Source of the DNA: a virus
Virus record (IMG/VR): IMGVR_UViG_3300044712_002679
Location: 1-52,405 of that record
Direction: 5' to 3' (one strand)
DNA length: 52,405 nt
The position numbers and the translations under genes were made by a program. Position 1 is the stretch's first letter, and every line of letters starts with the position of its first letter. Below are positions 8,919 to 19,225 of the stretch, in pieces. Under the pieces are notes generated by a model. That model saw only the letters and a program-made list of their open reading frames with translations, did not search any database and was not told where the DNA came from.

Positions 8919-11354
8919 GTGCAATATATTTTCACTAAAAAATTTGATGGAACATTTACAATGAATTGGATAGGATACCCTATATCTACTGATGAAGTTT
9001 CAACCCAATTACATGACATAAAAACATTTTCGATTGCACCAACAAAATCAATAACATCAATAACCAAATTTACTGATGTTGTTAGGGGTGAAACAGAACA
9101 ACATTATTTTAAAAAATTTTTTTCTTACAGTAATATAAGAAGTGGTGTTAGTTTTAGTGAACAACTTCCAATTACGGGCATAACTACATTTTATTGTCCA
9201 ACTAATGATCTTTATTTAAATTTATCCTATTATAGAATTGACACAGTAACAACATCATTACCATCAATATCAATAAACAGTATTGTAATTGAAGGGACAT
9301 ATGATATTGAAACAACGGATGAAATTATTAATGTTCCTGATGATGGTTATATTTTAGAACCAAAAAATGTTTATAAAGTTTTTAAACTAAGTGGATTTGA
9401 AATATATGGAATAAATACTAATAATCTTAATATAAAATATAGATTCACACAAGATGGTGGAAGAACATATACACCATGGGAACCATTAACAACTGAAAAT
9501 ATATCAACAATAAAATTAACACCAACTAGATTTGCACAAATTCAATATAGTATACAAAAAATAGATAATTCTATAACTTCCAAAATATATGATATTATAT
9601 TATTGGGTGACTTTCAAAACATAAACAATTATTATCTAAAAACAAATAGATATGGGGTTAGAGAAGATTGTGCTGAAAAATATCCACAATGGAGTGGTGC
9701 TACAAGTGCTTCTGATAGTAGCAATGGTGGTAATGGTATATGTTTAAGTGGAATAACATCATATAAAGGTGATGGCAACAATAAATATGATTATAATAAA
9801 GATTGGATAACAAAGGGATTAAGCTGTTATCTAACTGGTAATATTATTACTAGTATGACAAATAATGGCAATAGTACAGCAACATTTAATCCATATTCAG
9901 GTGAAGCTCAACAAAAAATTGGAAATTGGTATTCATATTTAGCAAGTAGTGTAGGTAATATTTTTGGATGGACTGTTGACTATCACTTAACTGATCCAGA
10001 TGGTCATGGTATTGATAGTTATTTACACGAATATCAATTATTCAATATTATTGATGTACAAAAATTAAAAATAATTGTTCCTGAAAATAATTTCCCAGAT
10101 AATCAAGTTCAAATTATTGAAAATTGGCTTGATATGATGGACACATTTAAAGTTATAATATTAAAAGATGAATTTCAGAAAGTTTTTGGTATTGAAAAAC
10201 GACCATCACAAAAAGATGTAATATTTTTTTGTATGGCTAATCGTCTATATCGAGTAAAACACGCACAAATTCATAGGGATATTATGTATATGGGTATTTA
10301 TTATGATGTTATCTTAGAAAAATATGAAAAACTTGGAAATGAACAAAATCTTTCTACTGCTTCTAAAAATTTAATTGATCCATTAACTAACAACAACACT
10401 ATTGATTCATTATTTGGATGGGAAAATAAACAACAAGAAGCTAAAGTTACAAATAAACAACTTAAACCAACAACACACGATGTTTATAGATTAAATATTA
10501 ATCCTAAAATATCTATTGTTAAAAAAGATATTTATAATTCATTACAAGGAACTAAAATAGCTGATAATTATTATAATCTGTCAACAATAACCCCAGGAAT
10601 TTCTGCTGTAACATATTCGATAAAAGATTCAACATTAAATGTTAGTGATAATCGTTCATTTAATTTTTGGTTTAATTTCAATAACAAATATGATGGTAAT
10701 AAAATAATTGATGAATCTGTTTTTCAATCATATAATATAAGCACAAACACGAATTTTGAATTTTTAAATAATTATAATTCAACCACACAAAAAGGTTATA
10801 AAATAGTATTTTTCAATAAACAATTTATTTTAACGGTAAATAACTTAAACTATATTTTGAATGTTCCTGATATAAAAACAAATATTTGGTATGGATTAAA
10901 TATAAATATAAATAATCGTCAAAGAACAATAAGTTTAGATTTATTTAAAAGAAATTATAGTTACAACGTATCAATGTTTACTGACAATTATCAAAATGTA
11001 GTAATAGATGCAAATGATACCACGGGGATGACATATTATACATCTGCGGGATATAGACCAGTTAAAAACACTGAAATTAATGTGATATTAGAAAATACAA
11101 ATTTACAAAAAGTTGCATCAACTGAATATACGAACATATCATTAAATAGTTTTGATATTGATCAAACAATAACAGTATATGCATCAGACATTAAAATGAC
11201 AAATTTAAGAATATTTAATGATGTGATTCCAGAAGAATCAAAATCTAATATTTTATTACAAAGGGTTATTCAAGATGCACAATATTTGATATTAGCTGAT
11301 AATGCCACTAAACAATTATATACATCTAATATATTAAACACTAGATGGGAATAA
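8919..11354 (+). CDS. Neck/head-completion protein (T4 gp14-like core) with extra beta-rich domains
   Basis: FQKVFGIEKRPSQKDVIFFCMANRLYRV resembles the gp14 RPxxGDLIYF motif. Structural context. Confidence 0.55.
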   Translation: MQYIFTKKFDGTFTMNWIGYPISTDEVSTQLHDIKTFSIAPTKSITSITKFTDVVRGETEQHYFKKFFSYSNIRSGVSFSEQLPITGITTFYCPTNDLYLNLSYYRIDTVTTSLPSISINSIVIEGTYDIETTDEIINVPDDGYILEPKNVYKVFKLSGFEIYGINTNNLNIKYRFTQDGGRTYTPWEPLTTENISTIKLTPTRFAQIQYSIQKIDNSITSKIYDIILLGDFQNINNYYLKTNRYGVREDCAEKYPQWSGATSASDSSNGGNGICLSGITSYKGDGNNKYDYNKDWITKGLSCYLTGNIITSMTNNGNSTATFNPYSGEAQQKIGNWYSYLASSVGNIFGWTVDYHLTDPDGHGIDSYLHEYQLFNIIDVQKLKIIVPENNFPDNQVQIIENWLDMMDTFKVIILKDEFQKVFGIEKRPSQKDVIFFCMANRLYRVKHAQIHRDIMYMGIYYDVILEKYEKLGNEQNLSTASKNLIDPLTNNNTIDSLFGWENKQQEAKVTNKQLKPTTHDVYRLNINPKISIVKKDIYNSLQGTKIADNYYNLSTITPGISAVTYSIKDSTLNVSDNRSFNFWFNFNNKYDGNKIIDESVFQSYNISTNTNFEFLNNYNSTTQKGYKIVFFNKQFILTVNNLNYILNVPDIKTNIWYGLNININNRQRTISLDLFKRNYSYNVSMFTDNYQNVVIDANDTTGMTYYTSAGYRPVKNTEINVILENTNLQKVASTEYTNISLNSFDIDQTITVYASDIKMTNLRIFNDVIPEESKSNILLQRVIQDAQYLILADNATKQLYTSNILNTRWE

Positions 11355-11386
11355 CAGAATATGCTAGTATAGTTTCTAATTAAAAC

Positions 11387-12631
11387 TTAGTTCAAAGTTA
11401 AATTAACAACTTTTGGATTAACTACAAAACCCTCTATTCCATTTGCAAATACATTTGGAATTGCTTTTCTTAAAATATTATAACTTCCATTTATATCAGC
11501 ATTAATAATTGTTTTTGAATTATTAATTTTATATAAACCTCTTGATTTACGATATCCACTAAATGTATATTTGATGGTATTATTTTTATCGTAAATTGGA
11601 ATAATATCTAAATTCAAGAATGATGCTTTACTTGTATAACTTTCTTCTTGAATGATAACACGAATACCTTCTTTTTCGCATTTATACCCAATCATCTGTA
11701 TAAATCTACTGTGTGGTATCTGAATGAAATTTTGGTTGTTCTGTTTTGACATATTTGATTCAAACTTCCAATCATTATTTTTACCAATAACTAACTTTGA
11801 AATATTATTAGAAATTAAAATATCAACTATTTCTTTACTTGCTTTATGTAAATAATTATCTACTTTATTATTTCTTTTATTTGTTAATTTTTTTATATTT
11901 TTACTTGTTTTCTTTTTGTTTACTTTTTCAAGTGTAGATTTCATTGAAGCCAATCTTTTATTATAATATTGGTTTATTGATTTTAATGGTTTACCATTAA
12001 ATAATAATGGTTCAAATCCTTTAATGCTTGATGTAAAGGTTGCAAGATTACTTATACCCAAATCAATAGAACCATATCTTTTATTGTCACGAATTTGTTG
12101 TTTTTCATTAAAAGTATAACAAACTTCTATAATATATTGATCGAGTCTTGGTATAATTCTAACACAATCAATTAATTCAAATTCGGTTAATTTTGTATAA
12201 AATTCTATATTTGTTCCAGATAATTTAATTTTATGTGCTTTTTTAAAAACTTTTTTAGATATAGCTTGATAATTATATGATACAATAAATCTACCTTTTG
12301 TTTTATTTAAGTACATTGGTTGTTTTGGTTTGTTTTTATATTTTGTAGGATTTTTACCATAATCAGCCATTGATCTAAAAAATGATTTATAATTTTTTTG
12401 TATTTGTATTGTTGTTGCAGTTGCAACTTTCATTGGTAATATCTTGAAACAATCTTCATTTTTCATATAATTAAACAACTCATTAAGAACATCATATTTT
12501 TCATTATTTAAATCTTCTTTGATTAAATATAATGATCTATTATAAATATTTTTGGATTTAAAACACAAATTATCACAATCTTTAAAATTTGGATGATTTT
12601 TATTTATTATATGTCTTTCTGCTAATTTCAA
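11387..12631 (-). mobile_element. tnpB: Solo TnpB RNA-guided endonuclease (IS200/IS605 family, no tnpA)
   Basis: SKNIYNRSLY, SIDLGISNLA, VDNYLHKASK, EESYTSK, INADING. Confidence 0.92.
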
Positions 12632-12727
12632 GTATATATACGCATTTTATCTATATATAAATAAAATAATATCAAAAAATACAATTTAACATAATTTAAC
12701 ATTAATTATGTATTATATATATACATT

Positions 12728-13453
12728 ATGAAAATAATTAGATATAACGAATATAACGAAATAGATATTTTTAATCCAAAAATATTAATTGATCTTTACA
12801 ATAAATTTAATGTATTATATTTTAATTCTGAATTACCAACAGATTTTGATATTCGTTGGATTAATTCAAAAGTTAAAGGTGGTGTTGTTAATTTTTTAGC
12901 ATTTAAAAAACCACAAAAATTAGAAAAAATAAATTACTTAGGTATATCAAATTATCGACCACTTACTCAAGAAAAATTAAATGGTTTAATGATACACGAA
13001 ATGATACACGTATATATGTGCATTAAAAATATAATTTATACATCAGGATTAGACAAATCACACGGTTATCAATTTATGGATAAGCTAAAAGAAATACAAT
13101 CTAAGGTTAATTTTACAATACCATTAACAGAAGATTCAGATGAAATAAACGAACACATTAAAACGAAAACATTTGATGTATTATTTTGGAATAATGATAT
13201 TAAGAAAACTTTTTCTGTATATCCTGAAAATTACTTAAAAGATCATAAAAATGAATTAATTAAAAAATATGAATACACACTTAATCATTTAAGAAAATCA
13301 AAAAAAACTGATGTTTTAATTGTTCAATCTAATGATAGATTTCTTTTAAATTATACCTGTAAACGTAACTTAAATACACAAACGTTTTTTAAAATATCAG
13401 ACGAAAAATATGAAGAAATATTAAAAAATGGAATATTGCTATATCATATATAA
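12728..13453 (+). CDS. SprT-like zinc metalloprotease
   Basis: YNKFNVLYFNSELP, HEMIH, HGYQF. N-terminal tag MKIIRYNEYNE. Confidence 0.8.
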   Translation: MKIIRYNEYNEIDIFNPKILIDLYNKFNVLYFNSELPTDFDIRWINSKVKGGVVNFLAFKKPQKLEKINYLGISNYRPLTQEKLNGLMIHEMIHVYMCIKNIIYTSGLDKSHGYQFMDKLKEIQSKVNFTIPLTEDSDEINEHIKTKTFDVLFWNNDIKKTFSVYPENYLKDHKNELIKKYEYTLNHLRKSKKTDVLIVQSNDRFLLNYTCKRNLNTQTFFKISDEKYEEILKNGILLYHI

Positions 13454-13459
13454 ATATTC

Positions 13460-13960
13460 TTAATCTTTCTTTTTATCATCCTCAATCATTTTCTTTATAT
13501 CTTTCGATTGATAATATCTTACCTTTTTTTCTTTTATTTTAAATTCGAAAATTTCAAAAGTTTTTATTAACGCTTGTAATTTCATGATATATTCATTCAA
13601 ATCAATTATACCTTTTTCATATGCTGCATCAGCTTTCCAATATTCTGGAAACCTTTTCTTGAAACTTTCCAATTCATTTTCAACAATTTTGACTGATATA
13701 AAAACATTTTTTTCAATAATCGTCGATTTAATATTTATCATTTCCTTCATATGAACAACAAACCTATGTACCAAATTATCAGTTTCAATACATTTGAGTA
13801 ATCCGATAGCATATGCTTCATTTTCTGATAAAACGATTGGTTTATTTTCACTTACTATAAATTGAATTTCTTGTTCTGTTTTATTTTTTAAAACAAACCG
13901 TTTGTAATCTGACCACAAACACCTACGAATTATATCATCAATTGTAATGGTTAAAATCAT
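13460..13960 (-). CDS. Hypothetical protein
   Basis: 166-aa ORF with an upstream TAAAC-N18-TATATA motif. Confidence 0.75.
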   Translation of the reverse strand: MILTITIDDIIRRCLWSDYKRFVLKNKTEQEIQFIVSENKPIVLSENEAYAIGLLKCIETDNLVHRFVVHMKEMINIKSTIIEKNVFISVKIVENELESFKKRFPEYWKADAAYEKGIIDLNEYIMKLQALIKTFEIFEFKIKEKKVRYYQSKDIKKMIEDDKKKD

Positions 13961-13973
13961 TTTTTATTTATTA

Positions 13974-14015
13974 TTTTTTTATTTATCATAATATATATTA
14001 TGATAAATAAAAAAA
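13974..14015. repeat. Perfect 42-bp palindrome
   Basis: tttttttatttatcataatat|atattatgataaataaaaaaa. Confidence 0.95.
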
Positions 14016-14077
14016 GTTTATAAAAAACTTAATTTATTAAATTTATTTTTATATATATACAAAAAAGTGTTTTCATT

Positions 14078-14455
14078 ATGATGACAAAAAATAAAATTCT
14101 TATTGTTGATGATGATGTAGATAGTGCAATAATTCAACAAGCAATTATACAAAAGTTAGGATATTATACACAAATAGCAATTAATGGCTTAGATGCAATA
14201 AAATTCATTAAACAAGACCCACCAGACATTATTTTATTAGATATATTTATGCCACAAATGGATGGGTATGAAACAATCGAATATGTGTCAGAAAAATATG
14301 ATATTCCCATTATTGTTGTTACAGCAGGTGGTAATGACATCATTAAAAAAATAACAGATATGGGTATTTTATTTTACCTACAAAAACCAATTATACCAAA
14401 TAAACTTCAAAAAGAAATAAACAAATGTCTTGAATATTATGAAAATGTTTTATGA
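14078..14455 (+). CDS. Stand-alone response-regulator receiver (CheY-like)
   Basis: ILIVDDD, PDIILLDIFMPQMDG, IPIIVVTA, YLQKP. Confidence 0.93.
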   Translation: MMTKNKILIVDDDVDSAIIQQAIIQKLGYYTQIAINGLDAIKFIKQDPPDIILLDIFMPQMDGYETIEYVSEKYDIPIIVVTAGGNDIIKKITDMGILFYLQKPIIPNKLQKEINKCLEYYENVL

Positions 14456-15119
14456 ATTTACAAATTATAATTTACCACAAACTATCAATATTAATGGTGT
14501 AGATAAACCAACAACCAATAGTAATGGTGATTTTATTCATTCAACAAAAGAAGGAATTATAAATTTTTGGAATTGGTTTGGTGAATCAAAGGTAGTTAAT
14601 AATTTTGGACAACCAATAGTTATGTATCATGGTACACAAAATGATTTTGATGTATTTAATACAGATAATGAACTTGGCGCACATTTTGGAAATGTTAAAC
14701 AAGCTAATCATATAACTTCTAACAAAATAGGTGATGCACACTATCGTTATTATCAAAATGTTTTAGCTGGACAATCCATCATTCCAACTTATTTATCAAT
14801 AAAAAATCCATTAAGATTAAAAGATATTGGTGAATTTTCACCTAAAAAAGTAGTTAAAGAATTAATTAATATGAATATTATTGGTGATGAATTAGATACA
14901 TATTTATCAAATAAAGATATTGTAACTATAATATCATCAAAGGGATATGATGGTGTTGTATATTTAAATAAACATGAAGGACTTATTGGTGGATTTAGAC
15001 GAACACCATCGGGTGATTCCTATATTGCATTTTTTCCCAATCAAATTAAAGCAAAAAACAATAGCGGAAATTTTGATATCAACAAAACATCAATATTAGA
15101 AAACAAAAACAAAATATGA
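14439..15119 (+). CDS. ADP-ribosyltransferase-like protein (ART-PolyVal type)
   Basis: WFGESKVV..GQPIVMYHGT, YLSIKNP, GYDGV, YIAFFPNQIK. Start revised to ATG 14439 (MKMFYEF). Confidence 0.75.
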   Translation: MKMFYEFTNYNLPQTININGVDKPTTNSNGDFIHSTKEGIINFWNWFGESKVVNNFGQPIVMYHGTQNDFDVFNTDNELGAHFGNVKQANHITSNKIGDAHYRYYQNVLAGQSIIPTYLSIKNPLRLKDIGEFSPKKVVKELINMNIIGDELDTYLSNKDIVTIISSKGYDGVVYLNKHEGLIGGFRRTPSGDSYIAFFPNQIKAKNNSGNFDINKTSILENKNKI

Positions 15120-16006
15120 AAATAATTAAATATGAACAATTTAATGAAGGTGCTGAAAGAAATGCACTAATTAAACCATCAGATGAAGAAATCGCTGAAG
15201 GTGAAAAATATCTAGAAAGTGGTGTTGATTCATCTTGGGATATTCCAACTATGGGTTGTTTTTATATGGATGTATCTGGCAAATATAGTGTATATTATAC
15301 TCTTTGGAAATATACGCCAAGATTTAAAAGTGATACGGGTTGGAATATGCCAAACTATCATTATATTGCAAATCTTAGCACAGATTTTAAAACCGCATGT
15401 GAAAAAGCAAAAAAAGCTGCTGGTAGATTTCCTGTTATGATAGATAGATATGGTACAAAAATGGGATTATGGAAAAAAGTAGATTCAGATGTTATGATAA
15501 AAGGTCAGTATCGTGGATACCCATTGGGTGAAATATTTCTAGAAAACCCAAGATATATTACTTGGTTACATACAGAATTAAATAATCCATATGGTGTAGG
15601 TAAATACACAGATAACAATAAAGACAGGGTAGAAAAAATAAAATATTACAATGATCTTTATTGGGAAACCGTATCAAATAAAAATAGGGAAACAAGTAAA
15701 AGTGAATATATTGGCAAATTAGAAGAAAAAATAACACACAAAGCAAAAGTTTATAAAGTTAAAGAAATATCACCTAATCAATTTGATAGAAAACCCCAAT
15801 GGAAATGTAATCTTATTGATGATAATGAAAACAAATTTATAGTATACTTAAAACAAGAAGTTGTAATAGATGATGAAATATCTTTCACTGCTAAAGTGAA
15901 AAAACACGAAGAAATACTTGGTATAAAATTTACAGTATTATATTACTTTAAAATACTTAAAATTAGAAATCTTACAAAACTTGCCCAAAAATATAACATT
16001 ATATGA
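15116..16006 (+). CDS. Hypothetical protein with GxYxG...PxYIxWL motif and probable OB fold, tagged at both termini
   Basis: MKIIKYEQFNE...GQYRGYPLGEIFLENPRYITWL...AQKYNII. Confidence 0.75.
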   Translation: MKIIKYEQFNEGAERNALIKPSDEEIAEGEKYLESGVDSSWDIPTMGCFYMDVSGKYSVYYTLWKYTPRFKSDTGWNMPNYHYIANLSTDFKTACEKAKKAAGRFPVMIDRYGTKMGLWKKVDSDVMIKGQYRGYPLGEIFLENPRYITWLHTELNNPYGVGKYTDNNKDRVEKIKYYNDLYWETVSNKNRETSKSEYIGKLEEKITHKAKVYKVKEISPNQFDRKPQWKCNLIDDNENKFIVYLKQEVVIDDEISFTAKVKKHEEILGIKFTVLYYFKILKIRNLTKLAQKYNII

Positions 16007-16341
16007 AAATAAAAAAATTTAATGAAAATATAGATAACTTTGAATCATTATCACAACCATGGTCAAATGAAAAATTAGAAAAAATTCATAATATGAAAAT
16101 TAAATTGTCCGATATTGAAAATAATATAAAAAATCAATTAACAACATATTTAATAGAAAATCCACAATTGAATAGTTTTGCTAAATATGGAAAAGATAAA
16201 AATTGGAAACCATATGATGGATTTTTTGTATCTAATTATGGTCTCATAACAAATGATCTAAATTTAAAATTCTGGATAGAATATGGATCACCAGTTATTG
16301 CAACTAGACTACAATTTATATGTAATACAAAATTACAATAG
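16003..16341 (+). CDS. N-tagged hypothetical protein, possibly 3'-truncated
   Basis: MKIKKFNEN, ATGA coupling, overlaps a convergent ORF by 106 bp. Confidence 0.6.
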   Translation: MKIKKFNENIDNFESLSQPWSNEKLEKIHNMKIKLSDIENNIKNQLTTYLIENPQLNSFAKYGKDKNWKPYDGFFVSNYGLITNDLNLKFWIEYGSPVIATRLQFICNTKLQ

Positions 16342-16445
16342 TCCATATAAAAACGAATTTCCCAACAATTATAATCAAAACTAATCCGTTTTGAAACTAT
16401 TGTTGAAGGAAAACACGATTCAATTTCTTTTTTTGTTATTTGCAT
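16236..16445 (-). CDS. Small early hypothetical protein, possibly truncated
   Basis: MQITKKEIE... directly downstream of TAnnTTTG at 16461-16468. Confidence 0.45.
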   Translation of the reverse strand: MQITKKEIESCFPSTIVSKRISFDYNCWEIRFYMDYCNFVLHINCSLVAITGDPYSIQNFKFRSFVMRP

Positions 16446-16460
16446 ATCATAATTTTGATA

Positions 16461-16468
16461 CAAAGATA
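16461..16468 (-). promoter_or_regulatory. Bacteroidota sigma-A -7 element TATCTTTG
   Basis: caaagata on + strand, one of 12 copies. Confidence 0.7.
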
Positions 16469-16491
16469 AATAAAAATTATGAAATTTGCAA

Positions 16492-17226
16492 CTATTGACT
16501 ATATATTTTATCGTAAAAATTACTTATAATGTTGATAAGTTTTTCTAATTTACCACTATTTCTTAATTTTTTGAAAACTAGATTTTCAATTGAAAATTCA
16601 CCTGATGCAGACAACCCTTCTTTTCTAGATTTCATTATTTTTGTTTTTAATTCCTTGGCTTTATTATAATAATCCTCAGCTTCTGTTGAATCCAATTTAG
16701 ATTTTACCAATTTTGTTAATTGGTCTATATCATAAGCTCGAGCTTCATATTTATCATCAACATCTTTCGAATCAACATCAGGTCGATTATATACAGGTTC
16801 TTTAATCCATTTATGATTCATTAAAGAATATAATCCTGATGCTACGTGTTCTTCATTAATATCTTGTACATACAATTCAACATCATGTCCTTTTATTACA
16901 ATATGGTGTCTTAAATTCCACATAAACCGTTGACCATCAAAAGATTTTTTTACTAATTCAATATCATCATTAATTTCAGAAAAATCTAATATAATATGAA
17001 CATCGAGATCACTATATTTTGTATAATTAAAATTTGAAATTGAACCAGTTAATTGAATATCTTTAATTTCAGTTTTTATATCTAAATCATTATAAAAATC
17101 TCTAGCTATTCTAAGTAATTTATCTTCAATTCTTTCTATCATTTTATTACCTTCCCAAATATCGGGGCATAATTTCTTTTGATATGATATTTTTCGTTCT
17201 AATATAAAATCTGTATACTTTTTCAT
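16492..17226 (-). CDS. Pol-beta-superfamily nucleotidyltransferase
   Basis: LTGSISNFNY..SDLDVH, DVELYVQD. N-terminus MKKYTDFILE. Confidence 0.8.
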   Translation of the reverse strand: MKKYTDFILERKISYQKKLCPDIWEGNKMIERIEDKLLRIARDFYNDLDIKTEIKDIQLTGSISNFNYTKYSDLDVHIILDFSEINDDIELVKKSFDGQRFMWNLRHHIVIKGHDVELYVQDINEEHVASGLYSLMNHKWIKEPVYNRPDVDSKDVDDKYEARAYDIDQLTKLVKSKLDSTEAEDYYNKAKELKTKIMKSRKEGLSASGEFSIENLVFKKLRNSGKLEKLINIISNFYDKIYSQ

Positions 17227-17268
17227 ACTGATATATATAAATTTATCAAACTTATTTTTAATTTTTTA

Positions 17269-17312
17269 ATAAAAACAATATAAAAACAATATAAAAACAA
17301 TATAAAAACAAT
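17269..17312 (+). repeat. 4 x 11-bp tandem repeat ATAAAAACAAT
   Basis: Exact copies at 17269, 17280, 17291 and 17302. Confidence 0.9.
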
Positions 17313-17325
17313 CAAATAAATAAAT

Positions 17326-19224
17326 ATGGATTTAGAATCAATTAATAAGAAAAAACAAACATTAGAAGATGTTAAAGTTTTACTTAAAGAAAAATTTATT
17401 GGTATTGATGATATCATTGATAAAGTAATAAATAGTATATCTTTATGGTATATTATACCTGAATATCAATTAAGACCATTAATTATTAATTTGTGGGGTA
17501 TTACTGGTGTTGGTAAAACAGATTTGGTTCGAACATTAGTCAAACTATTGGGTTTAAATGACAAATTTATCGAAATTCAATTGGATATGAAAGATAATTT
17601 TTGCGTAAATATTCAAAATTATTTAGATTTTTCTAATATCAATCCAGATGAACAATGTGTTTTATTATTAGATGAAATGCAAAGATTTAGAAGTGTTGAT
17701 GAAATGGGAAAAATGGTAGAAAATAAACATTTTAATGATATTTGGATGTTATTATCCGATGGCAAATTTCAAAATGATAATAAGCGCAAAAATGATTTAA
17801 TGACAATGCTTTTAGAAGAATTATATTGGAAAGATATAAATGATAATAATAAAAAAAAGAATGAACCCGAATCAGCAATTGAACCTGAATCAGATATTAC
17901 ATTAAAATATAAAAATTCATATTGGTCAGCTAGTAGATTAAAAAAATTATTAAATACAAAATTAACATTAGAAGAATTAATGATGATTTCATTGGATGAA
18001 AAAATGAAATTAATAAAAGATTCTATTGCAGATAATACTATTAGTGAAGGTAAAACATATTCAAAAATGCTCATTTTTATATCAGGGAATCTTGATGAAG
18101 CATATAGAATGGCTAATGATGTTGATGATTGCGAACGTGATGCGGATATCTACAATGAATTATCTAAAAGAATAACAATATTGGATATTAAAGATGCACT
18201 TTTAAGAAAATTTAAACCCGAACAAATTGCAAGATTTGGAAATAATCACATTATTTATCCGATTCTAAATAAAGAAAACTACTATAAAATTATTAAAAAA
18301 TATTGTAATCAAATTCTAGATAATATTTTTACAAAAAATAATATCAAAATAAAATTATCAAACAATATTTATGATATTATATATCAAAACGGTGTATTTC
18401 CTACACAAGGAGTAAGACCAGTAATATCATCAATATCTAATATTATCGAATCAAATATTCCACATTTTTTATTTATTTGTTTAGAACACAATAAAAATGA
18501 AATAACAATAGATTTTGAAAAGAAAACTAGTGAACTTTATGTTGAAATCAATAACCAAAAATATTATAAACATATTACTTTAGATATTGACAATATCAAA
18601 AAAAATAAATCTGTTGATGAAAAAATGCTAGTTTTAGTACATGAATTGGGTCACGCTTTAATATATGCAATTTTATTTAATACACCACCAAAACAGATAA
18701 ATATTAATGCTTCGGGATTTTCAAATGGATTTGTTGTAAACCATTCGAGTATTGACAATAAAACATTTTTAAAAAATAAAATATGTGTTTTTTTAGCTGG
18801 TTTAGTAGCAGAAGAATTTATATTTGCTGATGATTATAAATCTAATGGTTGTTCGGCTGATATTATAAATGCAACAGAAATTACTGCAAATTATATTAGA
18901 AAATTTGCAATGAACGGAACAATATCACATATCACACCACATATTCAAAGTAGTAATTATTCTGCTTTTTATAATACCGATAAAAGTGATGATGAAATCG
19001 AACACATGTTACGTGATGAAAAAATAAGATGTGAAGATTTATTAAAAACAAATTTAAAATTGTTTAAAGCATTAATTAACTATTCAATAGAAAATGGTGC
19101 AATTGAAATTACAAGCTTCATGAATATATGTAATGAACACGGATTAAAATTAAATAATCTTGAGTTAAACGATAAACTCATTTATAATTATAATGATAAA
19201 TTAAAAATATTTTTAGGTAAATAA
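17326..19224 (+). CDS. AAA+ ATPase fused to M41 (FtsH-like) zinc peptidase, no transmembrane segment
   Basis: GITGVGKT, LLLDE, HELGHA, VFLAGLVAEE, GCSADI. Confidence 0.85.
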   Translation: MDLESINKKKQTLEDVKVLLKEKFIGIDDIIDKVINSISLWYIIPEYQLRPLIINLWGITGVGKTDLVRTLVKLLGLNDKFIEIQLDMKDNFCVNIQNYLDFSNINPDEQCVLLLDEMQRFRSVDEMGKMVENKHFNDIWMLLSDGKFQNDNKRKNDLMTMLLEELYWKDINDNNKKKNEPESAIEPESDITLKYKNSYWSASRLKKLLNTKLTLEELMMISLDEKMKLIKDSIADNTISEGKTYSKMLIFISGNLDEAYRMANDVDDCERDADIYNELSKRITILDIKDALLRKFKPEQIARFGNNHIIYPILNKENYYKIIKKYCNQILDNIFTKNNIKIKLSNNIYDIIYQNGVFPTQGVRPVISSISNIIESNIPHFLFICLEHNKNEITIDFEKKTSELYVEINNQKYYKHITLDIDNIKKNKSVDEKMLVLVHELGHALIYAILFNTPPKQININASGFSNGFVVNHSSIDNKTFLKNKICVFLAGLVAEEFIFADDYKSNGCSADIINATEITANYIRKFAMNGTISHITPHIQSSNYSAFYNTDKSDDEIEHMLRDEKIRCEDLLKTNLKLFKALINYSIENGAIEITSFMNICNEHGLKLNNLELNDKLIYNYNDKLKIFLGK

Positions 19225-19225
19225 T

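Noticed and set aside
17247-17275. Fifth TAAAC-N18 promoter copy before the AAA protease
   Set aside because: Only CAAAC is present and the 18-nt spacing does not land on TATA.
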